Shown: piece by piece, positions 46,905-56,712 of the stretch
Numbering within the stretch: position 1 is the stretch's first letter
Layout of the letters: each line of letters begins with the position of its first letter
Origin: Candidatus Omnitrophota bacterium
Lineage (GTDB): Bacteria > Omnitrophota > Gorgyraeia > Zapsychrales > Zapsychraceae
Assembly (NCBI GenBank): GCA_016931055.1
Contig: JAFGFL010000091.1
Location: 42,108 to 106,107, forward strand
Length of the DNA: 64,000 nt
Reading direction: 5' to 3'
Made by a program: the position numbers and the translations under genes
Notes under the pieces: model-generated
Database searches by the model: none
Seen by the model: the letters and a program-made list of their open reading frames with translations, nothing else
Told to the model about the DNA's origin: nothing

Positions 46905-48137
46905 ATGACTGTTAAAGGGAAACGAAATTTGGGAAAAAGAAATCTTCGGCCCGCCGTGTTGGGAGGAAAGCCCGCTTTTAATGAATTGATCAGTATCACG
47001 AAACCGACTATAACGTCCATCGGATGGCTGCGAAACAGGTATGGCGCTGTCTTGAAAAGCGGTGTTATAACCAACGCCGGAAATGTCAGGGAATTCGAGA
47101 AACGGATTGAAGAATACTGTGGCGTCAAGAATGCGGTGGCGGTCAGCAGCTGTACAAGCGGACTCATGCTGGTGTTAAAGACGATGAACCTAAAAGGAGA
47201 GGTTATTCTTCCCAGTTTCACGTTTCATTCGACGGCCCATGCGGTTGCTTGGGCGGGATTAAAACCTGTTTTTGTTGATTGTGATAATCGCACGTTTAAT
47301 ATTGATTCTGGGGAAGTTGAACGGGTGATCAATTCTCAAACCAGCGCGGTCATTGGTGTTCATTTGTTTGGAAATCCGTGCAATGTAAAGGAACTTGAAC
47401 GCATCGCAAAAAGGAACAAGCTGGCCTTGTTGTTTGATTCGGCCCACGGTTTTGGGGCTCAGTATAAAGGCCATCCTTTAGGATCGTCAGGGGATGCCGA
47501 AGTCTTCAGCTTAAGCCCGACAAAACTCCTTACAGCAGGAGAAGGAGGAATTGTCACGACGAATGACGATACACTGGCCAGAAATATCCGTGTGGGGAGA
47601 AATTATGGAGATGCCGGGACCTATAGTTGCGAATTTTCTGGTTTAAACGCGCGGATGAGCGAATTGCATGCGCTTTTAGGTATTTCAAGTCTTGAGAACC
47701 TTGAGAGGAATGTCCAATGGCGGAACAAGCTTGTTCGACTATACAAATCGTTATTATCATCGATCCCGGGTATTCGTTTTCAGGAAATCAGAGAAGGGGA
47801 CAGGAGTTCTTTCAAGGACTTTTCAATTGTGATCAATGAAAAAGAGTTTGGATTGAACAGGGACGTTTGCGGGGCATGTCTTGAGAAAGAAAATATCGGA
47901 GTAAAAAAATATTTTTACCCTGCCGTTCATACCCAGAAGGCTTTTGCCCGGTATTATAACAAGAGTTACCAACGGACTTTAAGAACAACAGTGGCCGTTT
48001 CGGAGAATATTCTGAGTTTGCCGCTTTATTCACATATGAAGGAAACTCATGTACGTAAAATTTGCGCTTGTATCGAAGGGATTAATCGGAACAAGCTTCA
48101 AATACAATCCTTATGGGAAAAGAATAAGTGGCTATAA
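46905..48137 (+). CDS. DegT/DnrJ/EryC1-family PLP-dependent aminotransferase (LegC/PseC-like)
   Basis: VSSCTSGLMLVL, FSLSPTKLLTAGEGG (PLP lysine), about 410 aa. Confidence 0.8.
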   Translation: MTVKGKRNLGKRNLRPAVLGGKPAFNELISITKPTITSIGWLRNRYGAVLKSGVITNAGNVREFEKRIEEYCGVKNAVAVSSCTSGLMLVLKTMNLKGEVILPSFTFHSTAHAVAWAGLKPVFVDCDNRTFNIDSGEVERVINSQTSAVIGVHLFGNPCNVKELERIAKRNKLALLFDSAHGFGAQYKGHPLGSSGDAEVFSLSPTKLLTAGEGGIVTTNDDTLARNIRVGRNYGDAGTYSCEFSGLNARMSELHALLGISSLENLERNVQWRNKLVRLYKSLLSSIPGIRFQEIREGDRSSFKDFSIVINEKEFGLNRDVCGACLEKENIGVKKYFYPAVHTQKAFARYYNKSYQRTLRTTVAVSENILSLPLYSHMKETHVRKICACIEGINRNKLQIQSLWEKNKWL

Positions 48138-49315
48138 TCAAAGAGGTGATTTTTATTGCTAATTTCCCATGGACCCAACGGGACAACGAGCGTTTTGGCG
48201 TTGATATTTTGCAGAAGCAAGGGGCTTTCAAGATTTCGGTTTTAGATGTTACTCGGGCGTTTTTGCCGTATCTACCAGAAGAAAAATTGTCTGAACCTTC
48301 TTTCTCAACCGAAGTTCGAAGGCTGAATAGTGCGGAAGAGATTCCGAGAGCTATGGCGGGGATTGATCCTAAAACAGCTTTTGTGTTTGTTTTGCTGGGA
48401 GAAGATCCGAAACGACGATTGATTTACCGACTGTTGTCTAAACATCAAATACGTTACGGAGTCATAACGACCAATTTATTTCCGGTCCCTCCTGTCACGA
48501 TGGATAATGTGTTGTCGAAACTGGGAAGTCCGAGCCGTGCTTACGCGTTTCTCAGCGCAAAGGTAAGAAAAATGTGTTTTCTTTTGACTAATCGTATCAT
48601 GCCGTTAAGAAGCGTTGATTTGTGGGTCACGACGAATAAAGACGATATTTCCCGATATTCCTTTCCCAGGGATAATAAGACAGAGTTCCTTCTTGGACAC
48701 GCGTTTGATTATGATTTGTTCCTGAACAGGAAAGCAAATGAAACGGATTCAACAGAAAGAACATGTGTTTTTATCGATCAATATCTGGCTTTTCATCCTG
48801 ATTTTGCCCGGTTTAATATCAAATCATATGTGTGTGCCGACCAATACTATCCGTCGATATGCCGGTTCTTTGAATATTTGGAAAAGAACTTAAACTGCGG
48901 TATTAAGATTGCGGCGCACCCTCGATCTGATTATTCAATTTATGGTGACTGCTTTAAAGGGAGGCCTATCGTTAAGGGAAGAACCCATGACCTGATGGCG
49001 GAGGCATCTTACGTTGTCGCGCATAACTCGACGGCTTTGAATTTCGCGGTGCTTTACAGAAAACCGGTTCTTTTTGTGACAACCAATGAATTAAAAGTTA
49101 CTCCTTCTCACGCGTTTGTCGAAGCGATGGCGGCATGGTTGGGAAAAGTCCCCATTAACATTGATGAATCGCTGGACAAAATCAATTTGAATTTAGAGTT
49201 GGTAGTGAATGAGGAAAAATACTGCGCTTATGAAGAAAGATTTATAAAAATGCCGGGGACGTCCCAAAAACCTTTATGGGAAATCATCACCCGAAGGCTT
49301 AAACAATATGTGTAG
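48128..49315 (+). CDS. uncharacterised protein; GT-B-like C-terminal domain (TagF/sialyltransferase-like arrangement); candidate nonulosonate transferase
   Basis: KIAAHPRSDY...DLMAEASYVVAHNSTALNFAVLYRKPVLFV resembles the C-terminal nucleotide-sugar-binding half of retaining GT-B enzymes; family not recognised. Confidence 0.3.
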   Translation: MAIIKEVIFIANFPWTQRDNERFGVDILQKQGAFKISVLDVTRAFLPYLPEEKLSEPSFSTEVRRLNSAEEIPRAMAGIDPKTAFVFVLLGEDPKRRLIYRLLSKHQIRYGVITTNLFPVPPVTMDNVLSKLGSPSRAYAFLSAKVRKMCFLLTNRIMPLRSVDLWVTTNKDDISRYSFPRDNKTEFLLGHAFDYDLFLNRKANETDSTERTCVFIDQYLAFHPDFARFNIKSYVCADQYYPSICRFFEYLEKNLNCGIKIAAHPRSDYSIYGDCFKGRPIVKGRTHDLMAEASYVVAHNSTALNFAVLYRKPVLFVTTNELKVTPSHAFVEAMAAWLGKVPINIDESLDKINLNLELVVNEEKYCAYEERFIKMPGTSQKPLWEIITRRLKQYV

Positions 49316-49324
49316 GAACGGACA

Positions 49325-50752
49325 ATGGATATGAAAAAGAACGAAATCAGAAATGTGGAAAAATTGCTCGTCAGTAAGGCCGAGACAATCAAGACGACGA
49401 TGCGTATCATTGACGCGGGGGCCGTGAAGACGGCGCTGGTGGTCGATGAGAAAAAGAGGCTTTGCGGAGTTATAACGGATGGAGATATCAGAAGAGGAAT
49501 ATTGCAGGGAGTGTCTATTGATGAAAATGTCACGAAGATCATGAATGCAAATCCGGTCTTTGAATATGAACATTCCTTCTCGAAAGAAAGAATACTCGAA
49601 GAGATAAAAAAACGGGGATTAACGGGGGTACCATTACTGGATAAAAATAACGTTGTTAAAGAATTTGTCATGGCATCGGAAGGGGCAAATCCCCATCATT
49701 TCAACACCCATCCGTTGATCAGCAAGCATTTAAAATGTATTCTGGTGATCGGCGGGGCCGGATATATCGGTTCAATCTTGACGCGGAAGCTGCTGAAGAA
49801 AGGATACAAAGTCAATGTGTTGGACATGCTGTTATATGGGGAAGATTCTTTGCGCGAATGTCTAGTTGATCCTGGTTTGAAGCTTATCAGGGGAGACACG
49901 CGGCACATTGAAGATATTACGGAGGCCATGCGGGGGGTTGATGCCGTTGTCCATCTGGCGGAATTGGTCGGCGATCCCGCTTGCGCCCTGAAACCGATAA
50001 CAACGCAGGAAATCAATTATTTTGCCACAGAGACAATTGCTTCGGTCTGCAAACATTTTCAAATAAACAGGCTGGTGTACGTCTCATCGTGCAGTGTTTA
50101 CGGCGCTTCCCGAAAAAATGAGTTGTTGACGGAAGAGGCCGAACTGAATCCGGTCTCGTTGTACGCGAAAATGAAGATGGCTTCCGAGAAGGCCTTGATG
50201 GAAATGAAAGATTCCAATTTTCTGCCCACGATTTTGAGATTGGGAACGGTGTTTGGGTTTTCACATCGGCCGAGATTTGATCTGGTTGTCAATGTCTTGA
50301 CAGCCAGGGCGCTCAAGGAGGGGGAAATTACGATCATGGGAGGGAAGCAATGGCGGCCTAACGTTTATGTCAGGGATGTGGCGGATACGATTATTTCGGT
50401 GTTGGAGGCGCCTTTAGAGAAAGTGGGAGGAGAGATTTTCAATGTGGGATCGAGCCATAACAATCACATGATCGCCGAGATTGGGGAAATGGTTCAAGAG
50501 GCCGTCCCGACCGCGCGGATGATAGTAAACAGTCAAAGCGATGATTTGCGTGATTACAGGATAAATTTTGATAAATTACGGAATGTCCTGAATATTGAAC
50601 TTGATAAGAGCGTGAAGTTTGGCATTGAGGAAGTAAAAGCGGCTTTAACAACATGTCCCGGCATTGATTACAAGGAAAAGAAATACAGCAACATAAAAGT
50701 GTGGAAAGAAATGAATATGATGAACCAGGAAGAAGCCTGTTTTAAGGAGTAG
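49325..50752 (+). CDS. CBS-domain pair fused to an NAD-dependent epimerase/dehydratase (extended SDR)
   Basis: N-terminal CBS pair (about 130 aa: IIDAGAVKTALVVDEKKRLCGVITDGDIRR..., VPLLDKNNVVKEF). C-terminal CILVIGGAGYIGSILTRKLL with YAKMKMASE (YxxxK). Confidence 0.7.
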   Translation: MDMKKNEIRNVEKLLVSKAETIKTTMRIIDAGAVKTALVVDEKKRLCGVITDGDIRRGILQGVSIDENVTKIMNANPVFEYEHSFSKERILEEIKKRGLTGVPLLDKNNVVKEFVMASEGANPHHFNTHPLISKHLKCILVIGGAGYIGSILTRKLLKKGYKVNVLDMLLYGEDSLRECLVDPGLKLIRGDTRHIEDITEAMRGVDAVVHLAELVGDPACALKPITTQEINYFATETIASVCKHFQINRLVYVSSCSVYGASRKNELLTEEAELNPVSLYAKMKMASEKALMEMKDSNFLPTILRLGTVFGFSHRPRFDLVVNVLTARALKEGEITIMGGKQWRPNVYVRDVADTIISVLEAPLEKVGGEIFNVGSSHNNHMIAEIGEMVQEAVPTARMIVNSQSDDLRDYRINFDKLRNVLNIELDKSVKFGIEEVKAALTTCPGIDYKEKKYSNIKVWKEMNMMNQEEACFKE

Positions 50753-50801
50753 AACAAAAGTTCATCGTCAAATGTTGTATGGAAAAAGCGGGGGTTAGTC
50801 T

Positions 50802-51575
50802 ATGAAAGTCGTTATTCTGTGCGGTGGGCTGGGAATGCGTTTAAGGGAAGAAACCGAAGTCAAACCGAAACCGATGGTGGAAATCGGCGGCATGCCGATT
50901 CTCTGGCATATTATGAAAACATACGCCTATTACGGTTTCAATGAGTTTGTCCTTTGTCTGGGATATAAAGGAGAAGCCATAAAGAAATATTTCTATAATT
51001 ATGAGATCATGGCAAACGATTTTACGGTGGAGCTTGGAACAAAAAAGATCGAAATCTATTCCAAACATTCCGAGAACGGATGGAAGGTGACACTTGTTGA
51101 CACGGGATTAAACGTGATGACGGGGGCCCGGCTTAAGAAAGTGGAACGGTTCATCGATTCCGACACCTTCATGCTTACCTACGGTGACGGCGTGATCGAC
51201 CTGGACATCAACAAATTATTGGCATTTCACAAGTCTCATGGAAAAATCGGAACAGTCACGGGGGTTTTTCCGCTTTTGACCTATGGGGAACTTTCCATTC
51301 GGGGAGACAGGGTTTTGTCCTTTGAGGAGAAACCCGCGAATGATAAGCATTCGATCAGTGGCGGGTATTTTGTATTCAATAAGAGAATATTTGATTATCT
51401 GAGCGAAAAAGACAGTTGCGTGCTGGAAAGAGAAGCTCTTAAGAAACTGGTCGATGAAGAACAATTGAAGGTTTTTGTTCATAATGGTTTTTGGCAGTGT
51501 ATGGATACCTATCGGGATTATGTTTATCTTCAGGAGATATGGAAGAAAAGTGAGGCGTTGTGGAAAAAATGGTAA
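50802..51575 (+). CDS. rfbF: glucose-1-phosphate cytidylyltransferase
   Basis: MKVVILCGGLGMRLREET..KPKPMVEIGGMPILWHIM and LCLGYKG are colinear with RfbF/DdhA. Confidence 0.8.
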   Translation: MKVVILCGGLGMRLREETEVKPKPMVEIGGMPILWHIMKTYAYYGFNEFVLCLGYKGEAIKKYFYNYEIMANDFTVELGTKKIEIYSKHSENGWKVTLVDTGLNVMTGARLKKVERFIDSDTFMLTYGDGVIDLDINKLLAFHKSHGKIGTVTGVFPLLTYGELSIRGDRVLSFEEKPANDKHSISGGYFVFNKRIFDYLSEKDSCVLEREALKKLVDEEQLKVFVHNGFWQCMDTYRDYVYLQEIWKKSEALWKKW

Positions 51576-52693
51576 GAGATGTTCAACTGTTCCGGGATGT
51601 ATATCGAGGAAAACGTGTCTTGGTGACGGGGCATACGGGATTCAAAGGTTCATGGCTGGCCCTTTGGCTTCTTGAACTAGGCGCTGAAGTCGCGGGATTT
51701 TCGAAATGCCTGCCTTCTGATCCGTGTCATTTTGACGCGACCGGTTTGAAAAAGAAACTCACTGATTATCGGGGGGATATCAGGAACCTGGGCGCGCTTG
51801 AGAAAGTCTTCAAGAAATTCCGTCCCCAAATCGTTTTTCATCTGGCCGCGCAACCTATTGTGCGTGAATCATATGATTTCCCAAAACTCACATTTGACAC
51901 GAATCTGGGCGGGACGGTCAATATTTTGGAATGCGTCAAAACATTTCCCAAAGTGGAAGCGGCGGTCATTATTACAAGCGACAAATGTTATGAAAATGTG
52001 GGATGGGATCAGGGATACCGTGAGACAGACCGTTTAGGCGGTGAGGACCCTTATAGTGCTTCCAAGGCCTGCGCGGAAATCGCGAGCAGAGCTTATATCC
52101 TGTCATATTTCAGTCAATCTGAAGGACCTCGGGTGACAACAACACGCGCCGGAAATGTCATTGGCGGGGGGGATTGGGCGCAGGACAGGATTATTCCTGA
52201 TTGTGTCCGGGCCTGGAGCCAGGGGAAAATACCGATTATCCGCAAGCCTGACGCGACGCGACCATGGCAGCATGTTTTGGAACCGTTAAGCGGATATCTC
52301 TGGCTGGGGTCCTGTTTGCTCAAAGATCCCAAGTTGGTTGGAGAGCCCTTTAATTTCGGGCCGAAGTGTAATGAGGTCAAATCGGTCCGAGAATTGGTTG
52401 ATTTATTTTTACGGTATTGGGGGGAGGGGGCCTGGAACCATGAGCCAACGGAAGGGGGCAAGAAAGAGGCGGCGTTACTGCAATTGTCTTGCGATAAGGC
52501 TTTAAAACTGATTTCTTGGCGTCCTGTTTTGTCTTTTAATGAGACAGTTGAAATGACGGCCCAGTGGTACAAAAAGTATTATAAGGGCCGCGGTGATTAT
52601 TATGATTTTGCCTGCCGGCAAATTGACCAATACATACAAAAGGCGGTTGCGGTTGGCCAGCCGTGGGTATCAAGGGCCGGGGACAAGAAATGA
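51560..52693 (+). CDS. rfbG: CDP-glucose 4,6-dehydratase
   Basis: GKRVLVTGHTGFKGSWL (RfbG-specific N-terminus), YSASKACAE (YxxxK), about 375 aa. Confidence 0.8.
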   Translation: MEKMVRDVQLFRDVYRGKRVLVTGHTGFKGSWLALWLLELGAEVAGFSKCLPSDPCHFDATGLKKKLTDYRGDIRNLGALEKVFKKFRPQIVFHLAAQPIVRESYDFPKLTFDTNLGGTVNILECVKTFPKVEAAVIITSDKCYENVGWDQGYRETDRLGGEDPYSASKACAEIASRAYILSYFSQSEGPRVTTTRAGNVIGGGDWAQDRIIPDCVRAWSQGKIPIIRKPDATRPWQHVLEPLSGYLWLGSCLLKDPKLVGEPFNFGPKCNEVKSVRELVDLFLRYWGEGAWNHEPTEGGKKEAALLQLSCDKALKLISWRPVLSFNETVEMTAQWYKKYYKGRGDYYDFACRQIDQYIQKAVAVGQPWVSRAGDKK

Positions 52694-53130
52694 TTGACGG
52701 CGTATTGATTAAACCATTGAAAGTCATCACAAACGAAAAGGGCGATGTGAGGCAGATGGTCCGTTGTGATGACCCGTTTTTCAAAAACTTTGGTGAAATC
52801 TATTTCTCTTTTATAGAACCTGGTTTCGTGAAAGGTTGGAAAAAGCATCTTCGTCAGACCCAGCATTATGCTGTTCCGATCGGGAAGATAAAGCTTGTTT
52901 TATACGATGCCCGAACGAAGTCGCCCACGAAAGGTCAAGTCCAGGAAATTATTGTCGGCGCCCGAAATTACCAGTTGGTGCGAATTCCTCCGCGCGTATG
53001 GTATGCGTTTCAGGCTGTCGGAAGGACCAAAGCTTTGATAGCCAACTGTGCGGACAGGCCGCATGAGCCGAAAGAGTCTATCAATATAGAGATCTCGGAC
53101 CAATCGATACCCTATACTTGGAAGGTGTAA
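52690..53130 (+). CDS. RmlC-like cupin NDP-4-keto-6-deoxyhexose 3,5-epimerase
   Basis: About 145 aa; cupin-like with GDVRQMV, KGWKKHLRQTQHYAVPIGKIKLVLYD, RIPPRVWYAFQAVG. ATG at 52690 (ATGA overlap with the rfbG stop); the track start at 52663 is a 5' extension. Confidence 0.65.
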   Translation: MIDGVLIKPLKVITNEKGDVRQMVRCDDPFFKNFGEIYFSFIEPGFVKGWKKHLRQTQHYAVPIGKIKLVLYDARTKSPTKGQVQEIIVGARNYQLVRIPPRVWYAFQAVGRTKALIANCADRPHEPKESINIEISDQSIPYTWKV

Positions 53131-53133
53131 TCA

Positions 53134-54096
53134 ATGAATATTTTAATCACAGGCGGGTTGGGATATATCGGAGGACGTCTGGCTGCGTATATTAAGGAAA
53201 CAACTAAAAACAAAGTTGTCCTTTCAACGCGCAATAAAGAGAAGAAATTGCCTGCCTGGGCCGCGGATTTTCGTGTCCTTCGAATGGATGTTCTCGATAG
53301 GAATTCCATTGAGCAGTGCCTGAACGAGTCTCAGCCGGATGTCGTTATTCATTTGGGTGCCAGCAATATCAATGAATGTAATGAAAATTCTCAAATGGCG
53401 ATTGATGTGAACGTGAAGGGGACCTATCGGCTTTTGGAAGCGGCCCATCAAGTCGGGGTGAAACGGTTTGTATATTTATCGACTTTTCATGTTTACGGAG
53501 ATCTTAAGGGCCGAATCACCGAGAAGACGATCCCGAAACCCGCCAGTATGTATGCTGTCACGAAACGATGCGGTGAAGATTTTGTTTCTTGTTTTCGCTT
53601 GCGCCATCACATGCAAACGCTGATCTTAAGACTTTCCAACGTGTATGGATGCCCCATGGATAAGGATGTCAATGTATGGCCGCTGGCGTTTAATTCTTTC
53701 TGCCGGCAGTGTGTGGAGAACGGGAAAATACTCATCAAGTCCAATCAATACAGGGATTTCATCGCCATGAGCGATGTCGTCAGGGCGGTTTGTTATCTCC
53801 TCTTTGATGTTCCTGACCAATGGCAAGAGGGTGTATTTAACTTAGGGGGAGATCAAAGCATGTCTGTTCTGAAGGCCGCTCGGCAAGTGGCCAGTATTTA
53901 TGGGGAATACAGCGGTAAGCGTTTGGTCCCTGTTGAACGGCCGTTAGAAGATCCGGGTCAAATGATGATGAACCCGTTTCGTTATTCCATTGACAAACTC
54001 AAGCACGCTGGCTTCCAAGTGGAAGGAAAGATGAAGGAAGAAGTTATAAAGACAATAATGATGTGTGAAGCGCTTAAGAAGGAAAGACCTGTATGA
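53134..54096 (+). CDS. NAD(P)-dependent epimerase/reductase (extended SDR); likely NDP-4-keto-6-deoxyhexose reductase
   Basis: MNILITGGLGYIGGRLAAYI; YAVTKRCGE (YxxxK). Confidence 0.65.
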   Translation: MNILITGGLGYIGGRLAAYIKETTKNKVVLSTRNKEKKLPAWAADFRVLRMDVLDRNSIEQCLNESQPDVVIHLGASNINECNENSQMAIDVNVKGTYRLLEAAHQVGVKRFVYLSTFHVYGDLKGRITEKTIPKPASMYAVTKRCGEDFVSCFRLRHHMQTLILRLSNVYGCPMDKDVNVWPLAFNSFCRQCVENGKILIKSNQYRDFIAMSDVVRAVCYLLFDVPDQWQEGVFNLGGDQSMSVLKAARQVASIYGEYSGKRLVPVERPLEDPGQMMMNPFRYSIDKLKHAGFQVEGKMKEEVIKTIMMCEALKKERPV

Positions 54097-55052
54097 ATCA
54101 GCCGTTAGTTTCGGTTGTGATGCCGACTTATAATCAAGCGCCATTTATCGAAGAAGCCATCAAATCTGTTTTGTCGCAGACTTACCGCCATATCGAATTG
54201 ATCATCATTGACAATTTTTCGACGGATAATACAAGACAAATCGTGGAATCTTTTGTGGACCCACGGGTAAGGTATCAGCCATTTGCCAATCAGGGGATCA
54301 TTGCCGCTTCACGGAATCTCGGAATAAAACAGGCCAAGGGAGAATATGTCGCTTTTATCGACTCGGATGACGTGTGGTTTGAAAATAAACTCAGATTGCA
54401 GATAGACGCGTTTAATGAAGATCCCGAGATAGGGTTGGTGTCTTGCCTTTTTGTTGTTAAGGGAGCGGGGGGAGATGGAAAGATCCTTGGCCCAAAGGAG
54501 AGGGGAATCCGCGGGCATTTATATGACCAGTTATTAAACTCAAATTTCATCGTAGGCTCATCGGTGGTTGTGAAGGGATCTGTTTTTGGGGAATTGGGCT
54601 ATTTCGACGAGTCATCTGAATTGCGGTGTGTGGAAGATTTTGATTTGTGGCTGAGGATCGCGCGGAGTAAAAAGGTGGTTTTCATACCCGAAATTCAGGG
54701 TATCTATCGACTCCATGCCTTAAATGCGAATGTCGAAGAGAGCCGGCTCGAGAAAGCATTGAGGGTCATTGACAAGCATTATGCGCACGGTTGGACGACG
54801 AAACAAAGGGCTGACCGGGCCAAGGCGAATTTTTATTTTAGAGAAGGCTGGTTTCTTATTGGACGCGACAACAAACGGGCGCGGTCTTATTTCAAGCGGG
54901 CCTTGGGTTTGGGGTCCAGAAGCGCGCGGCTCATTTTGTTGAGCATGTTTGGATTAACGCTTTCCGTCTTGCCATGGCTTTACCGGTTTATTCGGCGAAG
55001 AAATTTAGATAGAAAAATTAATCATAAAATACTGAATCCGCAGAATCTATAA
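54093..55052 (+). CDS. family 2 (GT-A) glycosyltransferase
   Basis: VSVVMPTYNQAPFIEEAIKSVLSQTY, IDSDD (DXD), about 320 aa. Confidence 0.8.
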   Translation: MNQPLVSVVMPTYNQAPFIEEAIKSVLSQTYRHIELIIIDNFSTDNTRQIVESFVDPRVRYQPFANQGIIAASRNLGIKQAKGEYVAFIDSDDVWFENKLRLQIDAFNEDPEIGLVSCLFVVKGAGGDGKILGPKERGIRGHLYDQLLNSNFIVGSSVVVKGSVFGELGYFDESSELRCVEDFDLWLRIARSKKVVFIPEIQGIYRLHALNANVEESRLEKALRVIDKHYAHGWTTKQRADRAKANFYFREGWFLIGRDNKRARSYFKRALGLGSRSARLILLSMFGLTLSVLPWLYRFIRRRNLDRKINHKILNPQNL

Positions 55053-55053
55053 G

Positions 55054-56712
55054 ATGGATCACTCACAAAAGCGAAATAAATTGGATGAAACCTTAAGCTT
55101 CACGGGAATGACCGCTATTGCTATTTTCTCATTCTTTTACGTATTACTCCATAATACTTTCGCGGAAATCAACATTCAGTTGTCTTTTCTTGATTTTCCT
55201 GTTTTTGTTGGTGAAATTTTGATGTTCATTGGCACGGGAATATTTTTGTCTAAAGTCTGGATTCACTGGCGGAAACCGGCCCGTTGGCATTATGTTCTGG
55301 CTTTATATTTTGTTTTTGTCGTCGGGAAAGCTTTGCATGGATATTTTTCGTGGAATGCTCTGTCCTTCCGTAACGCGGCGTTGATGTATTATCCCGTTTT
55401 TGCCATTTTCACGTACTGTTTTTATTCGCGCAATTATTTCAACACGGAAAGAAAAACGATCATTCTGTTGCTGATGATTTTGTTATTGGCGAATGGTGTT
55501 TTTCACCACTATTGGGTTGTGACTTGTTTTATTCTGGCAAACATCCTTATCAGGACGTATTCCAACAAGGTCATAAGAATATTCTTGTTTATAGTTTTGT
55601 GGGTGGTCACGCCATATAAACTAATGTTTTTTACTTCCAGGATGATGCTCATCAGTCATTGTGTCACGTTTCTTTTTCTGTTTACTACCTTAGGTATTGT
55701 GATGAATGGTAAGCTGAGGATCAAACTGTTGATTCTCTTCGTTGGGACATTATGGGTGGCTTGGGGGATATTCAACTTCTCTAATCTCAACAGGGCAAAA
55801 TCAATCGTTCGGATTGGAAAAATGATTGAGGTGTTCCGCGCCTTTGATGAACGGGTTCAAAAAGAAAAGGATGGTTATGTTCTGGAACAACGGGATCCGG
55901 CCAAGGTTTTTAATCCGGAAAGAGTAAACAATAATCTTTATGTGAGATTAGCGGAAATAAAGAAAGATGAAAATGTTGAGCTCTTGCAGCAGGAATTTCC
56001 CTTACCTGCGATAAAAACTGTTTCGGATATGTCTTCCGCCACAGCATCGGAAGACAAAGAGAAACGTTCTTATGATTCAACAAAAGAATGGTTTGACAAG
56101 GAAGTCAGCAGGTTAATGGGAGAATATGCTTCGGGTGAATCAATCCATGGAGGAACGGTGGGGGAACGAAAGGATGTTTCAAAGGCGCGGCTGATTGACA
56201 GGGAAACTTCCGGGAAACTCAAAGACAAGGTCAAAGAAAGAAGTGATTATAACCCTCAGTTGGGGATCAACAATGCTGTTTTCCGGCTTCTCATTTGGCG
56301 AGACATGATCGTTGAATTGGCCAGGGAGAAACCCCTGTTTGGTTTCAATTTCGGGAAACCGCTGAGATCGGTCAGTCTGGAAATCCTGAATTGGGGAACG
56401 TGTGACTGGCAAAGGGATGGGTGGATTGCCGCGCATAATTCATATTTGCACATTATTTATCGGGCTGGCATGGTAGGTGTTATATTTATCTTCTCCTTGT
56501 TCTGGATATTAGGAAGAATGATCATTGAATTCGTCCGGATGAGATCGATCACGGGGATATTGATGTGTGGTATTCTTATTGAGTGGTTGGTGGCTGCTAA
56601 CTTTTTATTGATATTGGAATTGCCTTATACGGCGATACCAGTATGGAGTTTGTATGGGATCACGTTGGCGTATTTTCAGGAAAAGAGTCGAACGCAAAGG
56701 AGCGGAATATGA
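55054..56712 (+). CDS. Wzy_C / O-antigen-ligase-family polytopic membrane protein (polymerase, ligase or O-oligosaccharyltransferase-like)
   Basis: About 10 predicted TM helices in the N-terminal half; a roughly 200-aa hydrophilic loop; AAHNSYLHIIYRAGMVGVIF matches the Wzy_C (WaaL/PglL) signature. Confidence 0.55.
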   Translation: MDHSQKRNKLDETLSFTGMTAIAIFSFFYVLLHNTFAEINIQLSFLDFPVFVGEILMFIGTGIFLSKVWIHWRKPARWHYVLALYFVFVVGKALHGYFSWNALSFRNAALMYYPVFAIFTYCFYSRNYFNTERKTIILLLMILLLANGVFHHYWVVTCFILANILIRTYSNKVIRIFLFIVLWVVTPYKLMFFTSRMMLISHCVTFLFLFTTLGIVMNGKLRIKLLILFVGTLWVAWGIFNFSNLNRAKSIVRIGKMIEVFRAFDERVQKEKDGYVLEQRDPAKVFNPERVNNNLYVRLAEIKKDENVELLQQEFPLPAIKTVSDMSSATASEDKEKRSYDSTKEWFDKEVSRLMGEYASGESIHGGTVGERKDVSKARLIDRETSGKLKDKVKERSDYNPQLGINNAVFRLLIWRDMIVELAREKPLFGFNFGKPLRSVSLEILNWGTCDWQRDGWIAAHNSYLHIIYRAGMVGVIFIFSLFWILGRMIIEFVRMRSITGILMCGILIEWLVAANFLLILELPYTAIPVWSLYGITLAYFQEKSRTQRSGI

